The position numbers were made by a program, and so were the translations under genes. Positions 29,480 to 42,058 of a stretch of DNA of 64,000 nucleotides are shown in pieces. Every line of letters begins with the position of its first letter. The first letter of the stretch is position 1. The stretch comes from Hormiphora californensis (lineage: Eukaryota > Animalia > Ctenophora), in the NCBI GenBank assembly GCA_020137815.1, contig CM035352.1, forward strand, positions 2,666,001-2,730,000. The letters are read 5' to 3'. The notes under the pieces are model-generated. The model was not told the origin of the DNA, ran no database searches, and saw only the letters and a program-made list of their open reading frames with translations.

Positions 29480-30180
29480 CTTGTACAACTTATAACACCC
29501 CCCAGTGTTATAAGTTTTCACTTATAACACCCCCCAGTGTTATAAGTTTTCACTTATAACACCCCCCAGTGATACATGAAAACTTATAACACCGCTGCAC
29601 TTAGAACTCCACTGTTTCTGTCACACTTAAAAACCGTTAGAAAGATGAACGTGTACGAATTCCCTCTCTCTCTCTCTTTATGTCACACTCTCACGCCGTT
29701 GCAGCACCGAGATCAAGATAACGGTTACGAAGTACGAACTCCCGGACCCACACATTCTTTATCTCTCTCACTCTCACTAATGTCTCACTCTCTTTACCTA
29801 TATCAGGCGTTATCTTATCTTATACTGATTTCTCTGCCTGCTACCTTATCATGAATTTGTTCTATTGTTACGCCCTAAAGTGTCTCTCACTCTTGTTAAA
29901 AAAATTTTACAATGCAATTTTATTATGCCTGTTTTCGTTGTACCTGACGTCAACAATAATGTCCCAGATTCGTACACTTTTAGACCTCGCAGGCTCGGTC
30001 AAAAAGTAAAACTACATCACTCGCAGGCTCGTGAGGTAGTTACACTTAGTGGCACTCGCAGGCTCGTGCACTAAAGTACAAGAATCTGCCTCGACCTGTG
30101 GTCTCGGATCATTATTGTTGCACTTATAACACTCGACCTTCGGTCTCGTGTTATAAGTTTTCAGGTACAACTTATAGGCA
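29480..30180. repeat. Repeat/insertion with 31-bp tandem units and hairpins
   Basis: cttataacacccccagtgttataagttttca x3 at the left; related cttataacactcgaccttcggtctcgtgttataagttttca at 30122-30162. Confidence 0.55.
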
Positions 30181-30233
30181 TAATAAAATCCTACATTATA
30201 TAGCCAGTCCATGATAATCAATTTCTATCTCGT

Positions 30234-33200
30234 TTACTTTTTCTTCTTCTCCTTTCCCCTGTTCTTTTCTCTCTCCAGGGCACTGTCGTAGAACTCTTGA
30301 ATACCCAGATCTCGTAATAGGTTTTTCTGGGATTTTAGGTTGTTAGGCATAAAAAGGCGGGGTTCTAAATGAAAATAGGCTGATATTGTAGAAAACTATT
30401 ATAGAAGGGAGATTGAGAGAGAGAGGAGAGATAGAAAGATGCCAAGTTAAGACGGCACCCTCCCAATTACAGGGGGCACTTAGAGGGGGGCTGCGGCCAT
30501 AATTATGATGTTTTGATTTCATCAATTACAGTCCCATCTCTCTTCAACAGTACCCGAATCTATAATCAGTAACTTACATGACTCATCACGTAAGGTTTGC
30601 CGCTGTTAGTCTGTTTTACAATTCTAGCCGGTTTTCCTCCCTCGAACACGACAATCGCTGGCAGCTCAGCCTGTCATCGGGGAGAGGATAGTTAGATGAT
30701 GCTGAGATGATAGTAGAAGAGAGAAAGAAGAGGAGAGTTGGAGGAAAGTGAGTATAGGGATCTGATGAAAATGCTAAATACCCAATTAGGGGAGACATAA
30801 CTAGCAAATATTACTTATGATCTGATACTCGTTTTGAAAGCTATTTACCCAGCTGTTGTAACTGCCCATATTGTTTGGAATTGGATCGAAAGACTTCTAC
30901 TTAGTAACTACTGTTAGCTTTTGAAATACTTGAAAATCGGGGTCCGACTGTACCTTGATTGTAGAAGTGCTGATACCGTACTCTTCACACGTTCCCTGAG
31001 ATCTCAAAACATCACATTTTCCAAACTTCATCAGTGCGTGTGTGTACCTGCAGGAATATTAATTGTTAATTAGTTTTAATATTTATGAACATCTGGCTGC
31101 TTGAAATGACAACAAACAGTCTCTCTTTAGTAAATTGCAGGCAAGTAACTTACTCTCTACTGATTGCCCCGAAAATGGGTTTCACGGCATTGCAGTGGGG
31201 GCTGAATGCCGTGTAGAACTCTACAACCCATGTGGTATCAGGGTCTGACTTTAGCTGATCTTTTAGAGAGCCGTCCACAAAATACTTCATCTCTGAAGAC
31301 TCTTCTAATGCAGGTGTTCTTACCAGGACCAATAACACTGAAAATAGTTTGAAGTGAATTAATTTGGTTCAGATGCACGTGCTGCCTCAGGCCCCGGACA
31401 TTGCAAAATTATCTTTGGGATGAATGCAAATGGCTCAACACTGATACATACTTCGATTCATTAATAAATTTCCCTTGAGACACTGTATGTGACCGATCTG
31501 TTTGAACGCAAAGAGAGCTGAGAAATTTCTTGATTCCTCAGAGCTCGAAAATAATTTTTTTAATGATCGCTATATATAATAATCCATTCTTTATCGCTTC
31601 TAATATTGTTTGCAGTAGGTCGATGATGGTATTATTAGTGAGTGGTGACGTGTGAGTAATAAGGGAGGTCATTGGCCTCTTATTACCAAGCATCATCTAC
31701 TTAACTCTTGTTCAACCTCCCCTATCTTTCTTCTATTCTATATTTCGTTCAGATCTCTCTGATCATTGTTGCTACACCTGTCCAGACTTCTAGCTTTCTA
31801 TCTATCTATCTCTCTCCATCCATCTCTCTTTTTATCTTGTTCTAACTTAGTAAACGAGGCACCAGGCATTAACTATTTAACTTATGACTGACCTTCTTAA
31901 TTTTCGCTTATTATACTTTTGCTAGCTCTCAGAGGTACTTATTTATGATGCCCATTTCCCTTATTAAAACCTTTACTAAATATAACTAATATGCATGCTC
32001 TCATCTTTACACACGTCACACTCTTCTCCATTTGTCCCCTCGCTCTCTTTCTTCGCCGCTCTCTTTTTTTTTGGTCGCTCTCTTATCATCACCTCGTTTT
32101 TACTACTCTCACCTTTCTACTTCTCTATACGTCCATTTCTTACCTATCCCTTTATCTCTCCCTCCCTTTCTCTCTCCATCGTTTCCTGTCCATTACCTCT
32201 TTACGAGCAAGAAGCTGCACACTCTCTCACTTTTCCTCTTACTCTTTCTTTATTCAGTCCTCCTGTTAGTCAGCTACTGCAGTTAATGACACTTGTTTTG
32301 GTGTAACCTACATTCAGCTGATATTCTGTAGAATAGGATTGTAGACAATCTTCTCCTCTCTTTTCTTGTTGCAGAGTCTTTTTTCAAAAAGAGTAAGTTT
32401 GCACCTAACGACTGAGACGATTATATCGTTTTACTTTAATAGCGACAGAGTCTCTCCTACAATAACTCGTTTTATTTTTGTTTCTCTCAGTCTCTTTTTG
32501 AACTAATGATAAGAATTCTTCATTCTTCAATTGTCCATGGTAAACCATTCTAGAACATTCTTGTCTCTGTTGAAACAGTAAGAAAAACCACAACTTTTTC
32601 AGTCATGACTTTGTTTTCCAACGCCACTATCAACGAAAACCCAACGCCTCGTGCCGTGGACAACGTACTTGGAGTCAGTTTTATTGTCATGTTTATCCTT
32701 TCTATCTTCCTCAACCCCATCAGTTTCCTTTATCACAGCAGACGAAAAACCCTGGAGGCGGCCCTCTACACATATCTCGCTATCTGTGACTTTGTGATAA
32801 ACTTGTGGGTTCCCCTGGCAGCGGCCCAACATCTCCTAGCATCAGACGCCCCAGTGGACAAGGTGGCGAGCATCGAGGACCGATGTGCCTACCTTGTGTA
32901 TTTTACATTTTCAGCCTACAGTGGATTATTGATCAACATTCTTCTAATTTGCACAGCCATCAGGATAGGACGTCCGGGGTCTATCATACCAAAAGGGCCG
33001 GTACTTCGGTTGATCTCTGCTATAATGGGTCTATACACGGTACTCCAATTCCTAGCAGCGTTTGCACCGGACCCTAAGGGTAAACCGATGTGGGCCGCAT
33101 GGAGCCTATCCATCCACTACAAAAACAGTTTCGAGGCAGTTGTCTGGGTAACGTACATTATCTTCTTCGCCCCGGGACCACCACTAATGGTGGCAGCTAT

Positions 33201-33952
33201 CCAACACATCTCAAAGCGTCACATCCCTCCAAACCACTTCTCTCGGTGGGAGTGTGTCAAAGTGGTTAGTTTGTGTATACCAAACTTTATCTATCCAATC
33301 ATCCTGACGATTGACTTCTTTCTCTGGGAGGGTGATAAAACTGGGCGGAGTCCCGGGGAGGAGAGCGTGGCTAGTGATCAAGCTAACATGATGACATTCT
33401 TCGGCAAGACTTTCTTTCCCGTGTTTTCATCAGCATGGAATGCAGTGTTTTGTGTTTCTCTTGACAGGCAATCTGAGGTGCATGGTAGCGAACTGGTTCA
33501 GGAAAGCCAGAGAATAGGAAACGAATTGAAGAGGTTGGTAACTTGTGATTTGTGAATTGTATTATATGCTCATTGTTCCCATTTCATTTAAATATATCCA
33601 TGTTTTGTTTTAAATCGGTGGATACTCGGTGGAAAGGCTTGGGGGTTTCGGTAAATGGGGGCCCGACTGTGTAGTGTGTAGGGTTTGTAGACACTAGCAA
33701 TAACTAATAGGCACTTACCTATACAGAGAAGTAGATACCATCCGGCCACCTGTATATCTGACTTGTAGAACAGAAGACAGCTGCCAGCCTTTGCGAACAT
33801 GAATAGGGTGGAGAGGTAGGATTCTATGCTGACACAGCGCCGGTTTTTAATCGCCACTACACATATCACGAAGAAGTATATCTCAATCTCGTACTGGAAC
33901 GAGGGTTAACCGAGTTGAGTTTTAGTTTATTGAGAAGAAAACTGAGATAGCA

Positions 33953-34005
<53 letters not shown>

Positions 34006-34183
34006 GATAGAATAGAGAGATAAAACTACTCACATAGTCAAGCTCGCATTGTTTGAATAACATGTCGCAGATACCCGGGGTAAATCGTGTCAGGGGGTGG
34101 AGGAGTGCCACCAGACCATTGAGTATAAAGTACGGGGTTGCAAGATGAAGAAGGGTCTTCTTCAGAGCGTATGTATTGACCAT
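30234..34183 (-). CDS. TMX2: Thioredoxin-related transmembrane protein 2-like (multi-exon)
   Basis: N-terminal TM exons (FMFAKAG), WVVEFYTAFSPHC (SxxC-type site), KFGKCDVLR, LPAIVVFEGGK and C-terminal KKKK* dilysine motif. Confidence 0.8.
32605..33555 (+). CDS. Intronless orphan 7TM rhodopsin-like GPCR nested antisense in a TMX2 intron
   Basis: 316 aa; N-glycosylation sequon NAT; about 7 hydrophobic segments; TM1 Asn, TM2 LAICD, Cys at the top of TM3, TM7 SSAWN; no DRY motif. Confidence 0.7.
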   Translation: MTLFSNATINENPTPRAVDNVLGVSFIVMFILSIFLNPISFLYHSRRKTLEAALYTYLAICDFVINLWVPLAAAQHLLASDAPVDKVASIEDRCAYLVYFTFSAYSGLLINILLICTAIRIGRPGSIIPKGPVLRLISAIMGLYTVLQFLAAFAPDPKGKPMWAAWSLSIHYKNSFEAVVWVTYIIFFAPGPPLMVAAIQHISKRHIPPNHFSRWECVKVVSLCIPNFIYPIILTIDFFLWEGDKTGRSPGEESVASDQANMMTFFGKTFFPVFSSAWNAVFCVSLDRQSEVHGSELVQESQRIGNELKRLVTCDL

Positions 34184-34355
34184 GTTGCTATCAGAGAAAT
34201 ATAGTTCAGTGTGGGACAATAGCACAACTAATCAAGGTGGGATTTGCTTTGCTCGACCCTGTCTCACTATGCGAAAAATAAAAAGGGTTTGAAAAAAACA
34301 ACAATCATCTACTAATTCACAATAATATACAACAATTATACCCTGCACACAAAGT

Positions 34356-35430
34356 CTATTTAAAAAGTGCCGGCACCCAGTAGGTCGAATTAACTTCGTC
34401 CACCCACAACATTGACTGATCTAACAAGTTATCCAGTGTGGATTTGATACGCAGCTCAGGCCATCCCATCCTCTCCAACTCCTCAACTGTTAGCTGGCCA
34501 CCGTACTTAGATGCAACCTGGGTGGGAGGTGTGTGAGTATAACAAGCTGATTATAATAGAGGAAACTTGATAAGATAGTTGTTTACATCAAGTGCAGTTG
34601 TATGATCCATAGACAGCTCCCCAGGAACGGACTGCACCAACTGCTGCTTTCCAGCTTTCACAATCTTGAACCCATCACCTGGAATATATTAACCTGTTGT
34701 GCGCAGGAAGCATCCGTATAATTTATTAAATTTATTAATTTCTAATAACTTATCAACACCATACCAGGCTAGTTTATTGTATATCATAGTACCTAACACC
34801 GACAGTTTTGCTATGGCCCTTCCAATGTCGTCAGATTGGACGTCTTTTCGCGTTTTGCCGCTGCTCTTTCCCAACTTTGCACAGAGTTCTTCTACCGTGA
34901 TGAGTCCTCCATTAGTTGGTCTAGTAGCTAGACAAACCTGATATTAAAAAACTTTATCAAACTCGAGTTTGACTAATAACTGGGATAAATTTGCAATTTG
35001 CGTGATGTTTTACCTCGACAATTTGAACTCCGAGTTCATAGTAAAAATCTCCAACTCCTAAAAGTTGGGCCCAAAATCCTTTCGAAGATGCCAAAGGATC
35101 AACTCCAATTTTACTGCACATAACTTGAAAATGAGCTCTGAAAATAGTTTTAATAAAAATGGTATGTTTAAATTTCCAAAGAAAAACAAGATGTAGTTTC
35201 AAATGTTCACTATCCTAAAGTTTTTTGACACCTACCCACCTGAACTCTGGGTTTTTCTTAATCTCTGATTTGTATTTCATGGCGAACTCCTCCAGCTGGC
35301 TTTTGAATACCTCCATTTGCTCTGAAACTTGCTGAAGCTGCAACTCCGCGATCTCTGTCCCTTTTTGGGTAAGTTTAGCCCGGGCAGCATGCTGCTTTTT
35401 AACAGCCCCAATACCCACGTTCCGCCTCAT
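34356..35430 (-). CDS. SNF8: ESCRT-II subunit SNF8/Vps22 (multi-exon)
   Basis: [70 protein letters not shown] and YWVPALF. Confidence 0.93.
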
Positions 35431-36258
35431 TTCAATCCATTAACACGCTCTAGTACAGAAGAGTTTAGAACAGGGATCACTACAACCATATAAACAAGTT
35501 GTTAAATAAATAGGTTTGTAATATGTACTTCTTTCATATAATACACAATCTGAAAATAAAATGCTGTACAAATTCTAATGTTCGTTCTTGCCCGGTTTCC
35601 CCAGTCTTTCCATTAATCCGTACTTGTTAAAATTGGAGTTCACTAAAAAAGCTCAGTTTCCTTCATATATGTTGCATAAAGTACGACAATCCAAGCAAAT
35701 GCTACTCCAGCATAGAGGGACAAAACGTAGATTTTCTCAGCAGCTCTCATTGTTCAAACCTACTCGCTGAGCGGCAACTGGCTGACGGTTCTCCTTTCTC
35801 CTTCACCCGTGAGTCATAAAACAGGCTAAAGCACCTACAAAAGCATAGAATATGCCTTGCTCTCTAGAGCTCCGAGTTGTAGAGTGAAGATATGTGTCGA
35901 GTAAAGACCACGAGCGCGAAAATCCCGGTGAGGCAACCAGCGTGACGGCAGAGAGCAGAGGTGTTCTGAATTTTGGTCTCGAAAAAGTCAAGAATATTTT
36001 TTTCCCGCCCGGGTGAATGCCGAAGGCATTCACCCGGATGCCTTTTGCAAAAAGGCATAGGGGTTTAGAATTCGACAAGTTTACATACTAGTGAAGTGTC
36101 ACGCTTTTTTTGTCCCGTGACGTAACCCGATTAGTTGCGAGGGACAACGGTGTTGCTCCTTCATCAAATACTTCAATGGCACGTTTTCAGGAGATGTAAG
36201 CCGCGCAATGTGGCACGCAATTTACAATTTAGTGCTACTACAACACAATGATTTGTTC

Positions 36259-37727
36259 TATGATCGCAAAAGGCAAGCTTCCCCTCGTCCGACCCGAAGT
36301 TGGGAGATTCGTCGACACAGCAACCTTCAGGCTGTTAAAATATTTTTTGATGCGCGGCGGCCTGTTTATTATAGTAGGGTCGGTTGTGGGAAGTTGGGTC
36401 TGGAATTATAAATTTGACTTTCTGATATGATTAGGGACTCTATAAAAAGTCCAAAGTACCATCCCACAGGTCTCTACCAACCCCGGTTCACTTATTAGTC
36501 GTAATTATGTGATTTATGACGTTATCGCCAATTAGCACTAATAATACCAGTTCCTGGTCACTTTGAGCTTAGATTTTGATACCAGCTGATAGAGGATCAC
36601 TAGATTTTTCCGTTTGGCTGGCACCACGTGGGATTAGGGGTTTAGGTCGTCATGGGAGGTCGACATTGGTCGCGTTCGATCGGGCTCGATGAGGTGATCA
36701 AAAGCTAGTGGGCCAGACCTTGGCCCCACCCCGTTCTTGGCTTATTGGGCTTTTTCGGTTTCCCGCCAAAATATTTTCCCGCCATATATATGCTTTATTT
36801 TTTTGCCCCTGCACTGCCACTGCACATTTTTTTAATTGCTTATAATTAATTTGATAATCAATTTTGAATATTCCCACTTTTTGTAGACCTTTCTATATGC
36901 TTGAACTACATTACTGCAAAATTTTAGGCCGTTATTTATAGCAGAACGGAAAATATTTTCAAATGCTCAGGGGCAATGCTCAGGGGCACCATAAAAATGT
37001 CCATTTTTTAATTGCTTATAACTCATTGATTACTTAATTTTGAATATTCCCACCTTTTGTAGACCTTTCTATATGCTTGAAGAGCATTCCTACAAAGTTT
37101 CAAGTCGATATTTCAAGCAGATCGGGAGATAATTGCGGCTCAGGTGCCCCTGGGCCACTTTTGTTAGTGCGGGGGCAATTTTAAAATTTTAATTGCTTAT
37201 AATTAATTAATTAAGTAAAAAATCAAAAATCAGGCTCCGTGGTGACTCTCAGTTATACCACTAGAACATGCCTACAAAGTTTTAGATCGATATGTCAAAC
37301 AGTGTGGCCACAGTTTGAATTTTAAAATTGCCCAGGGGCAGTTTTTTCAAATGCCCGGGGGCAAAATTCAGGGGCACCAGAAATGTCCATTTTTGCATGC
37401 CTATAACTCATTGATTACTTAATTTTGACTATTCTAACTTTTTGTAGATCATTTTTTATGCTTGAAGAGCATTCCTACAAAGTTTCAAGTCGATATTTCA
37501 AGCAGATCGGGAGATAATTTCGGCTCAGGGGCAATGCCCAGGGGACAGAACACCCCATGCTCAGGGGCACGGTGCAGGGGCTACTTTTTAATTACCTATA
37601 ATTAATTAATTAGGCAAAAAATCAAAAATCCGGCCACGTTATGACACGTAGTTATACTACTAGAACACGCCTACAAAATTTCAGGTCGATATCTCAAAAA
37701 ATGTGGCCACAATCGCTGCCTGAAATT

Positions 37728-37770
<43 letters not shown>

Positions 37771-39268
37771 GACCTACGTTTGTATATATGATCGCAAAAG
37801 GCAAGCTTCCCCTCGTCCGACCCGAAGTTGGGAGATTCGTCGAAACAGCAACCTTCAGGCTGTTAAAATATTTTTTGATGCGCAGCGGCCTGTTTATTAT
37901 AGTAGGGTCGGTTGTGGGAAGTTGGGTCTGGAATTTTAAATTTGACTTTCTGATATGATTAGGGACTCTATAAAAAGTCCAAAGTACCATCCCACAGGTC
38001 TCTACCACCCCCAGTTCACTAATTAGTCGTAATTATGTGATTTATGACGTTATCGCCAATTAGCACTAATAATGCCAGTTCCTGGTCACTTAGAGCTTAG
38101 ATTTTGATACCAGCTGATAGAGGATCACTAGATTTTTCCGTTTGGCTGGCGGTTGGCTGGCACCACGTGGGATTAGGGGTTTAGGTCGTCGTGGGAGGTC
38201 GACATTGGTCGCGTTCGATCGGGCTCGATGAGGTGATCAAAAGCGAGTGGGCCAGACCTTGGCCCCACCCCGTTCTTGGCTTATTGGGCTTTTTCGGTTT
38301 CCCGCCAAAATATTTTCCCGCCATATATATGCTTTATTTTTTTGCCCCTGCACTGCCACTGCACATTTTTTTAATTGCTTATAATTAATTTGATAATCAA
38401 TTTTGAATATTCCCACTTTTTGTAGACCTTTCTATATGCTTGAACTACATTACTGCAAAATTTTAGGCCGTTATTTATAGCAGAACGGAAAATATTTTCA
38501 AATGCCCAGGGGCAATGCTCAGGGGCACCAGAAAAATGTCCATTTTTTAATTGCTTATAATCAATTGGATAATTAATTTTGAATAGTCCCACCTTTTGTA
38601 GACCTTTCTATATGCTTGAAGAGCATTCCTACAAAGTTTCAAGTCGATATTTCAAGCAGATCGGGAGATAATTGCGGCTCAGGTGCCCCTGGGCCACTTT
38701 TGTTAGTGCGAGGGCAATTTTAAAATTTTAATTGCTTATAATTAATTAATTAAGTAAAAAATCAAAAATCAGGCTCCGTGGTGACTCTTAGTTATACCAC
38801 TAAAACATGCCTACAAAGTTTTAGATCGATATGTCAAACAGTGTGGCCACAATTTGAATTTTAAAATTGCCCAGGGGCAGTTTTTTCAAATGCTCGGGGG
38901 CAAAATTCAGGGGCACCAGAAATGTCCATTTTTGCATGCCTATAACTCATTGATTACTTAATTTTGACTATTCTAACTTTTTGTAGATCATTTTTTATGC
39001 TTGAAGAGCATTCCTACAAAGTTTCAAGTCGATATTTCAAGCAGATCGGGAGATAATTTCGGCTCAGGGGCAATGCCCAGGGGACAGAACACCCCATGCT
39101 CAGGGGCACGGTGCAGGGGCTACTTTTTAATTACCTATAATTAATTAATTAGGCAAAAAATCAAAAATCCGGCCACGTTATGACACGTAGTTATACTACT
39201 AGAACACGCCTACAAAATTTCAGGTCGATATCTCAAAAAATGTGGCCACAATCGCTGCCTGAAATTTG

Positions 39269-39300
<32 letters not shown>

Positions 39301-39320
39301 GACCTACGTTTGTATATATA
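36259..39320 (+). repeat. Tandem duplication of a ~1.53-kb unit (36259-37786 and 37787-39320), preceded by a HINE-like end at ~35998-36070
   Basis: Near-identical units, each starting tatgatcgcaaaaggcaag and ending poly-C...gacctacgtttgtata. Confidence 0.9.
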
Positions 39321-39697
39321 GGGCCGTCACTTTTTGGATTTGGTGCAGGGGCAAATTTTTTTTTCTTCGTTTTTTCTGTTTTCTTCGGGTCGGAGGTGCC
39401 TGCCGGCACCTAAATAGGGCCGGCTTTTTGGATTTGGTGCAGGGGCAAAAAATTTTTTTTCTTCGTTTTTTCTGTTCTCTTCGGGTCGGAGGTGCCTGCC
39501 GGCACCTAAATATGGTTTGAGCGATTCATTAAATGATCGGAAATGTCTGTCCCGCCTTCACATTATGAAAGGTTGGCGGGGAAACATAGCATTATGAAAC
39601 ATAATGCAGTTATTCTTGTTTATTTTAGAAATTGTAACTGCGCGCGACTCACTTGCAACATATTTATAAAAAGTTTGCGCGTTCCAAATAAGCGCCG

Positions 39698-40810
39698 ACT
39701 CGTTCGTTACGTTGCATTTCGTTTCACTTTTGCTTGTCTCAGACACCAAAAAGGGCTATTTTACTCAATAAAATGCAACTCAAATCTGTCTCTAGTTCTC
39801 ATTTCCATCACACATGACCTCCCAGTTACCACTGAACTGTCTCTCGAGCCTGGCCTAGTCTCCTCACTAAACTACAGCTACATTCTTGGCCAATATTAGC
39901 TCTTCCCCTCACTAAAATGCAACTTAAATCCGCCTCAAATACCAATATTCAAGAAAATATGATCTCTCAGTCAACAGCGAGCAGTCTCCCCGGTAACGCA
40001 CAGTCCAATAGTTGGTTTAGGGCTCCAATTTTGGCCAAAATCGACCAAAACTTTGGAATTTCGCATTTAATTAAATTTGGGAAACTTTGTACTTTGCCAT
40101 TGCGTGTTTGATAAAGGAGCACTAACAAGTCACAGAGCAGAATTCTATTCATTACTCGTTCGTTACGTTGCATTTCGTTTCACTTTTGCTTGTCTCAGAC
40201 ACCAAAAAGGGCTATTTTCTTCAATAAAATGCAACTCAAATCTGTCTCTAGTTCTCATTTCCATCACACATGACCTCCCAGTTACCACTGAACTGTCTCT
40301 CGGGCCTGGCCTAGTCTCCTCACTAAACTACAGCTACATTCTTGGCCAATATTAGCTCTTCCCCTCACTAAAATACAACTTAAATCCGCCTCAAATACCA
40401 ATATTCGAGAAAATATGATCTCTCAGTCAACAGCGAGCAGTCTCCCCGGCAACGCACAGTCCAATAGTTGGTTTAGGGCTCCAATTTTGGCCAAAATCGA
40501 CCAAAACTTTGGAATTTCGCATTTAATTAAATTTGGGAAACTTTGTACTTTGCCATTGCGTGTTTGATAAAGGAGCACTAACAAGTCACAGAGCAGAATT
40601 CTATTCATTACTCGTTCGTTACGTTGCATTTCGTTTCACTTTTGCTTGTCTCAGACACCAAAAAGGGCTATTTTCCTCAATAAAATGCAACTCAAATCTG
40701 TCTCTAGTTCTCATTTCCATCACACATGACCTCCCAGTTACCACTGAACTGTCTCTCGGGCCTGGCCTAGTCTCCTCACTAAACTACAGCTACATTCTTG
40801 GCCAATATTA
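39698..40810 (+). repeat. 456-bp tandem repeat, about 2.4 copies
   Basis: actcgttcgttacgttgcatttc recurs at ~39698, 40154 and 40610. Confidence 0.9.
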
Positions 40811-41257
40811 CCCACCGCCCCACCCCCACCCGCCCTCCCCCACCCACCTCTCCCAATATAGCGGACATTGCTAAACACCACACTACAGAGACAATCCTTG
40901 TGTTTTGGTGCACTAAGTCGCTTATCGCGTGTAACAATTAATAAATGTTCTTATCAGGCCACCCGATTTGTCTTCTAGAACATCTTACATTCCAGTAGCG
41001 CTACAATCTGTCCTACCCCTTATTTGTGTTTGATCGTTTTCGTTTATCTTTGTCTCTACTGGAAATGGACACACTTCACATCTCATCATGTCACCAACAC
41101 GTCACGGTACCCATAACATCCATCAAGGTCGTAAGTTTGTCAGTCCGTTGTTATGTACAGTTGTATCCAAAATATGATCGTGGCCATTGAGATTCTATTC
41201 TTATTCTTAAGTTAGTATCTTTAGCTAGCGCTGCTGACAGACCGTACTCACAATGGA

Positions 41258-41455
41258 AAACGTTACCTTGATCCAGACCAAGTCCAAGACTTGCTACCTT
41301 GTTCCAGAACAAAAGATCTCAAGACTACCACAAAGGCAAAACGTTACCTTGTTCCAGACAAAACAAACTCAAGACACTCAAAGGCAAATCGTTACCTTGT
41401 TCCAGACCAAACCAAACTCAAGAATCTCTCAAAGGCAAAACGTTACCTGATCCAG
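41258..41455 (-). repeat. ~47-bp tandem repeat, same family as 3250-3470
   Basis: aaggcaaaacgttaccttgttccagac units. Confidence 0.8.
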
Positions 41456-42058
41456 CTTAACATCAACCTTAGAATTTGATTTAGGCCAGGAGTAGTGTGA
41501 TACCCCTGTCGACGCCGTGCGGCTCATCGCCGCTCGGTGTCGCCAGTGGTTGACCACGGTCTTCCTGGAGCGTCTGAAGTAACATGCTCTGCATAAACTG
41601 ATTGGTGGGTGGCCTTGCTACGGCGGGGTGGTGGACGTGCTGGGGCGCCTAATAAGCGTGCTCGGTGCGGCCGCCGCTACTTTCGGGCAGGTCACTCGCC
41701 AGACGCAGCAAGTACAAACAAACAAACAAATAAGCGCCGCGCGGCATTTTAATCAAATTTATATCAAATTAAAGAAGTTTATAAAAAAAAGTGTCGGCTT
41801 GTTTCCCTAAAAACTGTTTTTACAACCTTTTTTCAGATACGCTTCTTGAGTTCCGGCCTTTCAGCCACATCGGTCATGCTAGAACTCATGGAAAACTCGA
41901 TGCATGTGTATCATTTCAGCATTATGTATAAGCTGCCGCCCGCCAGACCCCTTTTGATGACAGTGCGCTCACGGCTCAGATCGGGTCGGCGTCGCTCGAC
42001 AGTTCTTAACCATAAATCATGTTTGAGATTTTAGCAAGAGACGTTCCGAGTTGTCACC

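Noticed and set aside
36208-40874. Repeated short ORFs, including poly-Pro
   Set aside because: They arise from tandem non-coding repeats and poly-C runs; no transposase or other domain recognised.
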